NCBI RefSeq assembly: GCF_006345805.1
Contig: NC_043000.1
Coordinates: 39,618,001 to 39,682,000 of the forward strand
Direction of reading: 5' to 3'
Length of the DNA: 64,000 nucleotides
DNA from: Octopus sinensis
Taxonomy: Eukaryota
Both the position numbers and the translations under genes were made by a program. Positions 49,977-63,436 of this stretch are shown piece by piece (positions within the stretch are counted from its first letter, which is position 1; each line of letters starts with the position of its first letter). Under the pieces are notes generated by a model. That model had not been told where the DNA came from. It did no database searches and worked only from the letters and a program-made list of their open reading frames with translations.

Positions 49977-50054
49977 CTGAATAGACTTGGGTAGATCTTC
50001 TAGAAGTGCAATTTCGTTTTCCCCACTGTGTGTATATGGCACCAGACCGAACAG
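49977..50054 (-). CDS. Short-chain-collagen-C4-like (NC1-related) protein, penultimate exon (78 nt, phase 1-1)
   Basis: ttctcttacag|CTGTT..TCAG|gtaagc; encodes VRSGAIYTQWGKRNC..QVYSG (G..Y..WG...C motif) in frame with the next exon. Confidence 0.88.
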
Positions 50055-50199
50055 CTGTAAGAGAAATGTGTGATTTATCTATAGATTAGCAGAGATATCC
50101 GGCATTGATCGGGATTAAACTAGCATAGTTAGTATATATATTGCAGTTATGTTCAACCATTTGATGCGGTGAAGTATAGCATTGATGACAAAACATTTG

Positions 50200-52085
50200 T
50201 GAAGTAAATGATGTGCTAATTCAACTAAGCGACATGTCATGAGTCCGTATGAAGGACTTCAGGCCCTAACCTCTCATGGAAAATGGGTGGTGAGTGGGTA
50301 TGCCAGGGGATATACTCTCCTTTGCGGCTGTCGGTGCTGCAGCTCCCACGGCTCAACGGACGGTTGACAGTTGGATGAATGTAAGTGTAATGGAGACATC
50401 GTATGTCAATGGTTGCTTTTCGGAAAGGAGCTGCAATAGGAGACGGCAACGGTGAAACGAACTGTTGAAGTGTTGCAGAAGACAAAGGGCTGACATTGGC
50501 TTGTTTGGGTGGATGTAGAATAAGAAACATAAGCCGAGACTATGCAATCACATGAGAATATGTAGTAATGAATTACATGAGAAAATAAGACAAAATGGCT
50601 TTCCACGTGGTTAGTGGGAGTAATTGGAGAATATAATTTGATACGGTGGTCCATACAGGAAACTGCATTGTTGGTCAGGTCTTCGGGATTGTTGGTATTA
50701 ACCTGTTGAATTCCGAAGTGGTATCCCTCTTCGTCATTCACTAAGAACAGTGGATACTGGAGCGCATCGTAGGAAGGTAGTAATTCCTACAAAACCTCTT
50801 GGTAATCAATATTTTCCTTGTGGAAAGTATGCAAACAGATTTTTCCACTGTAGAGAGGCCAACATATAACTGCCTATGAGAGGGACGACTCTTCCCAATT
50901 AAGTCCTACCACAGTCTTTGTCTGACTCTGGGGTTTATTTATAGACATTGCGAAGCGAACCGGAATGAGAAATTGCATCCTTCTGAACGAAAATTGAATT
51001 TCTGTTCCCGATAAAATAGGAGGAATCCTGGGTACGAAAACATCCTTTCCATTTCCACATTCAGACAGAATGGTGGCCTCAATAACATGTGGCATCATAT
51101 TCTTTACCACAAGGCGTATCCCATTGCAGAGTGTTGGTGGATCGAAATTCCTCAATAGCATTACTGGAGTTCCCACTTTAAGTTCCAATCTAAGAGGAGA
51201 TAGTTCTAGAGGCCCCAGTATACTGAAGGCTCCAATGGTGTTGGAAGCGCATTGCTGGTCCGAAATTAGTTTGGGCTCAGTTTCATTGATATATCTGGCA
51301 AGTACATCAATGCCATAGGATGTTTCTTGTAGGATCTGTGGGAAGAGTGCTTGACCCTGTGTGGTAGGTTTGGGGCAGGTCATGTGTTGGCAAAACATTT
51401 CCACCCATTAAAACAATCTTCTCTTCTAGGTCAATCATTGCTCTATTTTAGACTTCGTGACAGGAACCTACTTGCATGACAGGAAACTGCAATTATACTT
51501 GATGCTTCAGAACTTCAGACAAGTCATCTCTGCACTTGATCCACAAAGAGGGAGGATCACACAGATCCCATGCTTGCAATAATACTGTAGACATTGCCCT
51601 GAGACTTCTAGGTGACTGTGGTACCAGCTTCTGCCAGAGTTGCATCCCACTGTGTTTCATTTTCTAGCAGTCCGTGTTTAAAGCAGACTTCCCTATATGT
51701 AGCACAAAGTTGTCCATCAACAATTTTTAGGTCTTGGAAACACGTTGGTCATCTAGCCCCATGCAGTTTCAGAGAGAGATAGAAACACTCATGTTGGCTG
51801 AGATGTACTGTGAAAACTCTCCCCAGGCAATAGTTAAGTTTTATGCATCCATGTCTTCTTGTTCTAGGTGAGGTAGGATGGTACCTGAGGATACAACAAG
51901 GTTTGAGCAAATGGTTCTACTTGTCAAAGTTTGAAAAACGCAGTGTGGGTGATGTCCTCTGGTTCCTCTGCCAATTCAGCAGCATTAGCATCGGTGGCAT
52001 AAACTCTTTGACCGTTTTCTGGCCTGCTACCTGGGGGGAGGTTCAGATCTGCCCTGTTCGAAAATATAAGGACACAGAATATTTG
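50200..52085 (-). mobile_element. Helitron Rep/Helicase remnants
   Basis: AFFKL..TLLYP..GRVFTVH..DLKIVDG..TYREVC..GLLE (Rep-Hel linker); LKVGTPVMLLRN..CNG.RL..VPRIP..FAMSINK (PIF1 helicase); YPLFL..GYH (Rep N-terminal). Confidence 0.88.
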
Positions 52086-52312
52086 TCTCGTATAGCCAGC
52101 TAGAATCGATGTTTCATGGGGCTAAGTAACAGTAGCATTCCTCCCATGCTGGGAAAGCCACATTATGTTGGCAAACAGTCATCACTCTATTGTGCATTTA
52201 CTGTATTTCTCTCTTTGAGGGGTTCAGAAATATATTATCTCTCTCTCTTTCTCTCTCTCTCTCCTCTCTCTCTCACTCTCTCTCACTCTATATATACACA
52301 TATATATACGTG

Positions 52313-52345
<33 letters not shown>

Positions 52346-52351
<6 letters not shown>

Positions 52352-52894
52352 TATAAGAAGGAGCTTCTACAGGACTAGTACTGTTTATTCAAGAGAAATC
52401 TTCAGGAAGCTATTTAACAAGAATTGTATTAGCATTATACATTTAGGCAGGTTAAAGGAGTGGTTGGGGGGACTTTTTTGGGGGTAGGCATAGCGCAAAA
52501 TATCAACTTGGGGGAGTGGTCAAGGAGTCAGTGGTAAGTTAGATGAAAGAAAGAATAAATAAATAAAAAAAAAATAAAAAATAAAAAATAAAAAATAAAA
52601 AATAAAAAATAAAAAAATAAAATAAAAAAATAAAAAAATTAAAAAATTTAAAAAATAAAAAAATAAAAAATAAAAAAAAAATAAAAAAAAAATATATATA
52701 AAAAAAATATATAATAAAAAAAATAAAATAATAAAAAAATTAAAAAAAAAAAAAAAAATAAATAAAATGTGTATAAAAAAATAAAATGTGTGCACATACA
52801 TACATAAACACATATACATACACACACACATATGTACACATGTGTGCCTATACATACCTACACATACACACAACATACATATTATAATATATAT

Positions 52895-52926
<32 letters not shown>

Positions 52927-53261
52927 CACAATCAAATACAGGCCCATTCCCTAATCTTAAATTTATTATCTTCATTTATTACTTTTGTTATCTTTGATCG
53001 CTAGGGCTAAGGATCCTGGCGATGGCAGCATGTCCAATTGTCTGTCTACTAGAAGGCAAGTACTCGTTCCCGCACGCACACTCATTAGCACGTACATACA
53101 CCCATTCGTACACTCATACACATACACGTACGCACGCGTTATATTCATACATACAAACATCTACATACGTTCACGTATATACACATACGTACTCGTACCT
53201 ACAGATTCATGTCTACACTTTAGGAGGCTAGTCTATATATATACACCAATAAATATACATA

Positions 53262-53293
<32 letters not shown>

Positions 53294-53652
53294 CACATAT
53301 ACACATACACACACACACACACATATATATACTCCTACATACAGATACATACCCATATATATATACATATACACACACATACATATACATATATATATAA
53401 CATACATATATTATATATATATATATATACATATTATAATACATACATACACACACACACATATATATACACACACATACATACACATATATATACATAC
53501 ACAAACATATATACACACATATATATATACATATATACACACACTACATACACACACCTACATATATACACACAAACACATACATACGTAAATACATACA
53601 TACATCCATACATCCATACTTACATGCATTTATACACATACATACACCCCCA

Positions 53653-53696
<44 letters not shown>

Positions 53697-54292
53697 ATAT
53701 ATACACACTCACACATACATATACAAATATACGCCCACACATACATACATACACGTATACGCATACACGCACATACACATATACATGCGTACCCATACAC
53801 GTGCACACACGCACATGCATCCATATATATACACACACACACACATATATACACGTGTGCAAGCATACATACATACTCATACACGCACACATACTTACAT
53901 ATACATATATGCACACACTTACACACATATATACATACACATACACGCACATACACATATACACATGCGTACCCATACACGTGCACGCACGCACGCGCAT
54001 CCATATATATACACACACACATATATATCACGTGTGCAAGCATACATACATACTCATACACGCGCAATACTTACATATACATATATGCACACACTTACAC
54101 ACATATATACATACACATACATGCATACATACATATATGCATACATACACACACGCGCACTCATATATACATATATATATATATATATATACATATATAC
54201 ACATATATATATATACATATATATACACAAACATATATATACACATATACACATACACATACATGCACCACCTACCACACATATACACATAC

Positions 54293-54333
<41 letters not shown>

Positions 54334-54420
54334 TACACATATACACATACATATATACACACATACATACATATACATACACACACACATACAAATATAC
54401 ACGGATACACATACCCATAC

Positions 54421-54456
<36 letters not shown>

Positions 54457-54616
54457 GTATACACATGCATATACTTATATCTCTACATACTCACATATAA
54501 ACATATATATATATACACACACACATATATATACATGTACACACACATACACATATACATACATATATACACATACACACATACACATACATATATATAT
54601 ACACATACACATATAT

Positions 54617-54657
<41 letters not shown>

Positions 54658-55041
54658 TATACCCCCACATATATACATATATATACACACATATACACAC
54701 CCACACACACACATACATATACACATATACATGTATACACGCAATAATGATACACATATATACACATACACACAGACAGACAGATGCATATACATACATA
54801 TATATATATATAAATTACATATCTATATAAATACATACATAATACACATATACATTATGTATGTATTTATATAGATATGTAATTTATATATATATATATG
54901 TATGTATATGCATCTGTCTGTGTGTGTGTATGTGTATATATGTGTATCATTATTGCGTATGTATACATGTATATGTGTATATGTATGTGTGTGTGTGGGT
55001 GTGTATATGTGTGTATATATATGTATATATGTGGGGGTATA

Positions 55042-55072
<31 letters not shown>

Positions 55073-55242
55073 GTATGTATATATATGTGTATGTGTATAT
55101 ATATATGTATGTGTATGTGTGTATGTGTATATATGTATGTATATGTGTATGTGTGTGTACATGTATATATATGTGTGTGTGTATATATATATATATGTTT
55201 ATATGTGAGTATGTAGAGATATAAGTATATGCATGTGTATAC

Positions 55243-55285
<43 letters not shown>

Positions 55286-55367
55286 GGTATGTGTATCCGT
55301 GTATATTTGTATGTGTGTGTGTATGTATATGTATGTATGTGTGTATATATGTATGTGTATATGTGTA

Positions 55368-55398
<31 letters not shown>

Positions 55399-56049
55399 TT
55401 GTATGTATGTGTATGTGTATATGTGTGTGTAGGTGTGCATGTATGTGTATGTGTATATGTGTATATATATGTTTGTGTATATATATTATATATATATGTG
55501 TATATATGTATATATATATATATAATATATGTATATATGAGTGCGCGTGTGTGTATGTATGCATATATGTATGTATGCATGTATATGTGTATGTTTATAT
55601 GTGTGTAAGTGTGTGCATATATGTATATGTAAGTATGTGCGCGTGTATGAGTATGTATGTATGCTTGCACACGTGTATATATAGTGTGTGTGTGTATATA
55701 TATGGATGCGCGTGCGTGCGTGCACGTGTATGGGTACGCATGTGTATATGTGTATGTGCGTGTATGTGTATGTATGCATATATGTTTTGTATGCATGTAT
55801 ATGTGTATGTATATATGTGTGTAAGTGTGTGCATATATGTATATGTAAGTATGTGTGCGTGTATGAGTATGTATGTATGCTTGCACACGTGTATATGTGT
55901 GTGTTGTGTGTATATATATGGATGCATGTGCGTGTGTGCACGTGTACGGGTACGCATGTATATGTGTATGTGCGTGTATGCGTATACGTGTATGTATGTA
56001 TGTGTGGGCGTATATTTGTATATGTATGTGTGAGTGTGTATATATATAT

Positions 56050-56101
<52 letters not shown>

Positions 56102-56317
56102 ATAGATGGGGTGTGTATGTATGTGTATAAATGCATGTAAGTATGGATGTATGGATGTATGTATGTATGTTTACGTATGTATGTGTTTGTGTGTATATGT
56201 ATGTAGGTGTGTGTATGTATGTGTGTATATATATATATATATATGTGTGTATATATGTTTGTGTATGTATATATATGTGTATGTATGTGTGTGTATATAT
56301 ATGTGTGTGTGTGTATG

Positions 56318-56366
<49 letters not shown>

Positions 56367-56850
56367 ATATATATATGTATATGTATGTGTGTGTATATGT
56401 ATATATATATGGGTATGTATCTGTATGTAGGAGTATATATATGTGTGTGTGTGTGTGTATGTGTATATGTGTATATATATATGTGTATATATATATATAT
56501 ATGTATATTTATTGGTGTATATATATAGACTAGCCTCCTAAAGTGTAGACATGAATCTGTAGGTACGAGTACGTATGTGTATATACGTGAACGTATGTAG
56601 ATGTTTGTATGTATGAATATAACGCGTGCGTACGTGTATGTGTATGAGTGTACGAATGGGTGTATGTACGTGCTAATGAGTGTGCGTGCGGGAACGAGTA
56701 CTTGCCTTCTAGTAGACAGACAATTGGACATGCTGCCATCGCCAGGATCCTTAGCCCTAGCGATCAAAGATAACAAAAGTAATAAATGAAGATAATAAAT
56801 TTAAGATTAGGGAATGGGCCTGTATTTGATTGTGTATATATATATATATG

Positions 56851-56895
<45 letters not shown>

Positions 56896-57353
56896 GTGTA
56901 TGTGTAGGTATGTATAGGCACACATGTGTACGTATGTGTGTGTGTATGTATATGTGTTTATGTATGTATGTGCACACATTTTATTTTTTTATACACATTT
57001 TATTTTTTTATTTTTTTATTTTTTTATTATATATTTTTTTATATTTTTTTATATATTTTTTTATTTTTTTATTTTTTATTTTATTTTTTTATTTTTTATT
57101 TTTTATTTTTTATTTTTTTATTTTTTTATTTTTTTATTTATCTATTTTCATCTAACTTACCACTGACTCCTTGACCACTCCCCCAAGTATGATATTTTGC
57201 GCTATGCCTACCCCCAAAAAAGTCCCCCACCACCACTCCTTTAAACCTGCCTAAATGTATAAATGCTAATACAATTCTTGTTAAATAGCTTCCTGAAGAT
57301 TTCTCTTGAATGAAACAGTACTAGTCCTGTAGAAGCTCCTTCTATATAATAAA
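52346..57353. repeat. ~5-kb near-perfect palindrome (arms ~2.5 kb, spacer ~54844-54853)
   Basis: Unique blocks and (TA/CA) tracts are mirrored, e.g. ORFs 52972-53160(-) and 56601-56789(+) are identical translations. Confidence 0.95.
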
Positions 57354-57639
57354 TTAATTTTACTCTGCTATGTATTGAGTACCTTACTTACTGTGGTTAA
57401 CCCCGGATCAACCCGGGACCTACATATATATATATATATATATGTATGTACGTATGTATAATGTATGTCTATGTGCGCGTGTGCTTGCATGCGTGCGTGT
57501 GTGTTTTGCATGTGTGTCTGTGTGTGCGTGTGTATATGTGTATATGTGTGTGTACTCGCGCACGTGTGTGAGTGTGATAGGACTAAGTTTGAAAGTTTTC
57601 GCAAAATATCCAAAACTAAAACAATTGTTAAGATCAAAA

Positions 57640-58330
57640 TATATCATTTTTATAATAAGGTTTCCTCAAAGTACCTTCCTCCTCCTCATCTTCCACCACG
57701 ACCTCAACGAGGCTCCGGATGCTGACGCACGCATTGCTCACTGTGTCCCTGGGAGGAGTTTGCAATATCTCCTTGATCTTGGTCTCCAGCTTTGCCTGGT
57801 ATTGCAAGCAGAACGGTTGGTGTGATTCTCAACCTTGCCCCACTCAAAAGTAAAGGGATTACAATCGGGGAGGTTAGGTGGCCAGAATTCGGGGCTGATG
57901 AAGTCATAGAAATTCTCCGACAAGCACTTCAGACTCTTTCTGGATATATGGCATTGAACTGAATCATGTTTCCACACACATATGACCTTGCAGCAGCTAC
58001 CCTCTTTAACTAGGATTTGACCACAGTCTCTAACAGCTTCACATGGCCCTTTGGACTCAATCTAAAGTTTTGCTCAAAGATGTGGGTATAAATTCCGGTG
58101 CGTGGACGCACTGAGAACACCTGATGTATCCCTTCCTGCTGGTCATGGTTCGTACTCTCCGTTGCGGCTGTCCATGCCACGCCTCACTGCCCTTCAATGT
58201 TCATAGAGCACCGTGCAAGAATCATGATGTCAGTATTTTGATACTCGGCGCTACTCATCATAATAAACAAACTCTTTTCCAATATTCGATGGTTCCCAGT
58301 ACTTTATGTCAGCTAACGATTTCTAGACTA
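57640..58330 (-). mobile_element. maT/DD37D transposase fragment
   Basis: WKHDSVQCHISRKS..SENFYDF.SP.FWPPNLPDCNP (QDSAP/WPPNSPD-like). Confidence 0.8.
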
Positions 58331-58443
58331 CAGCTTTAATAATTATGCCCTCCAAAGCCATTGACTGTTCACCAGTATATCAGGTGGTCCCCGAAAACTA
58401 GAAACACAAAATGCTGTCATGTTCAGCTCGCACGCTGTTTATA

Positions 58444-59995
58444 TCTCTAAATATATAAAACTGAGGATGTGTGTCTGTATATCTGTCTGTCTGTGTGTTT
58501 CCCTAAACCTTGAGAACTACACAACCAATTTCATTCAAATTTTACACATGCCTTACTTGGGGTCCATGTAGTTTCATGGGCAAAAAAAGTGTTCAACTTC
58601 TTGCCTAGAGCGAGCCCATAGCAACATCATATCTTCTCCACTATTTCAGTATTACGTGTTAAAAGTGAAACAAAAACATTTCTCTATTTTATGTCAGATG
58701 CTTTCATTTTAACAAGAAAAATAATAATACCAATTGAATTAAATGTAATAAGTAATAATTAAAATCAAACTAAAATATAATATAATCGTAACATAACAAA
58801 AGTAAAAATAGCAATTGGTATAAAATTGCATCAATGACTTGAACTTGAATTAGTGGTTTCACATGAATGGGAATAAATTAAAAATAAAATTAGCGTGCAG
58901 AAATGGAATAGTCCAGATGGAGCTGTGCTTTTACATTAGATTATCTGCTAATTAGCTAGCATTAAGTATCTATATGAAGTCTGGCTGTATGTAATATCTG
59001 TTTTCTCGACAATATCTGTTTATTTCTTGTACATAAAGGACTAAAGCTTCAACTGCTTACTGCTTTCTGACTCATCGTAAGGTTTGTTGTTATTATTATT
59101 AGTTTAACTATCATGTTTGTTGGTTCCTCCTAAAGGAAACATTGTTGTGTTGCATTTGTTAAATAATTGTAAACTGTAACCCTCCCCATTTGGAAGAAGG
59201 AGCTTTGGTTATTGTTTAAAAATTGAATTGTGTCCCTGTTTGGGAAATTGATAATATTTTCACCGTTTACACGGAAGCATTTTTGTTAGAATCCTTCGAT
59301 AGAAGAAAATCCAAAAATGAATTTCGCTGCAGCCGTCGGCGGGCGCGAACTCATTGAAATTAAGATGGAAGAAATACGGATTGATCACCGAAAAAGACAG
59401 TGAATCTAGGATAACACCACCAAACGAAAAAAAAAATTAAATTAAAAAAAAGACTATTGTCTATAAAGTATACAATATAGAGAAGAAAGAAAGATTTGAA
59501 CACCTGGAGGAAAGCACCATCGAAAAGTGTCTTGGTGCTACTATGAAAGATATCTAACCAGAGGCGGTAAATTCTCCACAATAGAAGCAAGTTTCGAGTC
59601 AACGGAGTGTGCAAAGGAGTACTCGACTCGAACCTTGCAAAGTGGAAATATTTTACTTTTACCTCTATATCTGGGACGTAGGACGTCCCGGATAAAAATT
59701 AAAAATGTCTCCCCACCCCAGAAGTAGAGGTAAGCTGGATTGTAGCCACACTTCTATACAAGAGGGAGGACAAGATACAATTGATCGAAATTGTAAGAAA
59801 CGAACCTACAATTCCAGTCTGTTATATATTTTGAGTATTGTTATCACTATCGATATCAGGATTTAACTTTGTATTTTGTATTTTATGTGTAGATGTATAT
59901 ATATAGATGTACATGTAATAAGTACACATATATATATATACACATATATACATGCACTAGCACTATGACCCGGCAACGACGGGTCATAATGCTAG
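58444..59995 (+). mobile_element. Non-autonomous Helitron-like element (5' TC..tatataaaa + TGTC repeats; 3' hairpin + CTAG|T); pairing of the two ends is inferred
   Basis: 5' a|tctctaaatatataaaactg; 3' actagcactatgacccg-gcaa-cgacgggtcataatgctag|t (59956-59996). Confidence 0.55.
59300..59730 (+). mobile_element. Tx1-type ORF1 fragment (relative of the element at 23594)
   Basis: FAAAV..TIVYK..IEKCL..LYLGRRTSRIKI versus FAAAA..TIVCK..VEKCL..YLGRRTSRVTI. Confidence 0.68.
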
Positions 59996-60000
59996 TATAT

Positions 60001-60052
<52 letters not shown>

Positions 60053-60215
60053 ACCGCATTGGTCCCTCTTACCGTGTTGGTATCTACGAATAGTTGTACG
60101 CTCAATATAATATAAATGAATATTTTCAAAGAGGAAGAATTTACGGATTTTTTCTCTTACGAGGTTTTTCACGCTGACTACTGATAATTTCTTTTAAAGA
60201 TTTTATCCTCAATTG

Positions 60216-60255
<40 letters not shown>

Positions 60256-60384
60256 AATCTATATGCATATATATATTATATATATATACACAAATCTATA
60301 TGCATATATATATATATACACACAAATCTATATGCATATATATATATATATATATATCTTTATATATATACACAAACATATATA

Positions 60385-60820
60385 TAAGAGGGATGACCAC
60401 TAAGTGTACATACACTATGCTAGAAGTCGACCCCTATGGTCTTACCACTAAGAAAGGAATGTTCTCGAAAACATTTAGCAAACGCCAGAACGTAAGCGAG
60501 CAAGACAAATGAAAAGATACAAAATATACAGATTAATCACCAACCAGTTCGTTGTTACCTCTTACGTAATCACTTACGTAGATGTCCGCATATTATATTT
60601 TGCTATGACGTTCACATTGACGATTTGCGTACATCTACGTAAGTGGTAACAACGAAACTGTTTTGTGATTAATTTGTATAATTTGTATCTTTTCATTTTT
60701 CTTACTCGCTTAAGTACTGACGTTTGCTAAATTTTCTTGAGAATATTCCTTCCTTAGTGGTAAGACGATAGAGTGTCGACTTCTAGCTCAGTGGAAGTCC
60801 ACTTAGTGGTCACCCTCTTA
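60385..60820. mobile_element. Palindromic MITE (long TIRs, TA-flanked), copy 1
   Basis: taagaggg(a)tgaccactaagtg / cacttagtggtcaccctctta, with complementarity for ~200 bp inward. Confidence 0.8.
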
Positions 60821-60932
60821 TATGTATGTAATATAATTTTTCTGATTCTTCAGATTTTTTATATCGCTAGAGCACTGGTTTTAAATTGATATTAATCAAA
60901 TTAATATTCAATTTCCCCCGTTATTTTAAATT

Positions 60933-61003
<71 letters not shown>

Positions 61004-61166
61004 ACCGCATTGGTCCCTCTTACCGTGTTGGTATCTACGAATAGTTGTACGCTCAATATAATATAAATGAATATTTTCAAAGAGGAAGAATTTACGGATT
61101 TTTTCTCTTACGAGGTTTTTCACGCTGACTACTGATAATTTCTTTTAAAGATTTTATCCTCAATTG

Positions 61167-61206
<40 letters not shown>

Positions 61207-61337
61207 AATCTATATGCATATATATATATATATATATATACACAAATCTATATGCATATATATATATATACACACAAATCTATATGCATATATATATATA
61301 TATATATATATCTTATATATATACACAAACATATATA

Positions 61338-61773
61338 TAAGAGGGATGACCACTAAGTGTACATACATTATGCTAGAAGTCGACCCCTATGGTCTTACCA
61401 CTAAGAAAGGAATGTTCTCGAAAACATTTAGCAAACGCCAGAACGTAAGCGAGCAAGACAAATGAAAAGATACAAAATATACAGATTAATCACCAACCAG
61501 TTCGTTGTTACCTCTTACGTAATCACTTACGTAGATGTCCGCAAATTATATTTTGCTATGACGTTCACATTGACGATTTGCGTACATCTACGTAAGTGGT
61601 AATAACGAAACTGGTTTGTGATTAATTTGTATATTTTGTATCTTTTCATTTTTCTTACTCGCTTAAGTACTGACGTTTGCTAAATTTTCTTGAGAATATT
61701 CCTTTCTTAGTGGTAAGACGATAGGGTGTCGACTTCTAGCACAGTGGATGTCCACTTAGTGGTCACCCTCTTA
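61338..61773. mobile_element. Palindromic MITE, copy 2
   Basis: Same TIRs, inside the second tandem unit. Confidence 0.8.
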
Positions 61774-61899
61774 TATGTATGTAATATAATTTTTCTGATT
61801 CTTCAGATTTTTTTATATTGCTAGACCACTGGTTTTAAATTGATATTAATCAAATTAATATTCAATTTCCCCCGTTATTTTAAATTATATATATATATG

Positions 61900-61943
<44 letters not shown>

Positions 61944-61967
61944 ATATAATATATATATATATATATA

Positions 61968-63257
61968 CGAGGGGCGTCCAATAAGTAATGCCCCTGACCC
62001 ACTTCCCATAGCAGTAGAGCAACGAAACTTGGCACAGTTATTAGTCTTTTCTACATAGGAACCACCCAGAGTTACGCATTTCTCCCATCGTTTGATGCAG
62101 CTCTGGAGACCGATTTGTAGAAGAATCCAGCTTGGTCCTCCAACCTCAACGTGACTTCAGAAATCAAGGCTGCATCATCTGGGAAACGCTTTCCTTTCAA
62201 AAACAACTTCATGATTGGGAAGAGGAAAAAATCAGAGGGTACAAGGTCAGGAAAGTAGAGGGGATAGGGAGTAGTTCATAGCCATACGCCTGTGCTTCTG
62301 ATCTAGCGACAAGCGAGTTGTGGACCGGAGCGTTGTCCTGCAGGAGGAGGATGCATTTGCTGATCTTGCCCCACCTCTTGATTTTGATAACTTCTCTTAA
62401 TTTCCTGAAAAGTGAAGCATAATAGGCTCCTGCAATTGTCGTACCCTTTGCCAGGAAATCTGTCATCACCACTCCGTCCTGGTCCCAGAAGACTGTGAGC
62501 ATGACCTTGCCAGCGGAGGGCTGCACCCTTGCCTTCTTTGGAGGGGGTGAGTCACGGTGCTTCCACTGCATTGACTGGGCTTTGGTCTCTGGATCATCGT
62601 GATGGACCCAGGTTTCATCCTGTGTAATCAGTCTTTTGAAAAACTTTGACTCATCTTCTTGGCACATCTCCAAATTCACCCTCGAGCACTCGACGCGTTC
62701 TTGCTTCTGAAAAGGCGTGAGCAACCTGGGAATCCATCTGGCAGACACCTTTTGCATATGCAAATGGTCATGAATGATAGTTTCCACAGACCCGGTACTA
62801 ATCTTGACCTCATGGGCTATTTGGCGAATAATTATGCGTCGATCTTCCAAAATGGCAGCCTCAACTTGACGGACAGATGCCTCATCAATGGCAGAAGGGG
62901 GCGACCAGATCTGGGAGCTGTTTTCACAGAGTTCCGACCATGTTTGAATTCACGATACCAGCAATTTACAAGGTCATATGATGGGGCATCATCACCATAA
63001 GTTACTTTCATTTCATCAAAAGTCTCCCGTGGTGTGCGTCCTTTCAAATACAAAAAACCGGATCACTGCTCGACACTCAACAGGCTCCATTTCACACTTG
63101 ACTCGGTTCAAACACCTGTAAATCAGAAACCACAATTAATTCAGGGCTGTAATTTGCCACTTACTCTATAAAGATTTGAATAATTGCACATGCCAAATTT
63201 CAGCTAGATCAATCAGCTGCAAGTGAGTCAGAAGCATCACTTATTGAACGTCCCTCG
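61968..63257 (-). mobile_element. Mariner (irritans/Himar-like), full length 1290 bp, inactivated by ~3 frameshifts
   Basis: TA|cgaggggcgtccaataagtaatgc and gcatcacttattgaacgtccctcg|TA. ATG at 63090; WIPRLL, ITQDETW, LQDNAP and frameshifted YSPDL. Confidence 0.95.
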
Positions 63258-63258
63258 T

Positions 63259-63306
<48 letters not shown>

Positions 63307-63363
63307 TTATGTATGTAGGTATGTATATGTGTATATATATATATATATGTGTGTGTATGTGTG

Positions 63364-63436
<73 letters not shown>

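Larger units (their letters stand above)
60050..61950 (+). repeat. Tandem duplication, period ~951 bp
   Basis: ttgaccgcattggtccc.. starts at 60050 and 61001; units near identical apart from (TA)n length. Confidence 0.93.

Noticed and set aside
52520-57174. Dozens of long ORFs (up to 629 aa) rich in H/T/Y/I or C/V/Y/M
   Set aside because: They are translations of (TA)/(CA) microsatellites in the palindrome, which lack stops by composition.
59061-59129. 69-nt AG..GT-bounded segment (EEPTNMIVKLIIITTNLTMSQKA) as upstream exon of the collagen-like gene
   Set aside because: Phase 0-0 does not join the phase-1 exon directly, it lies inside a probable Helitron-like repeat, and there is no homology support.
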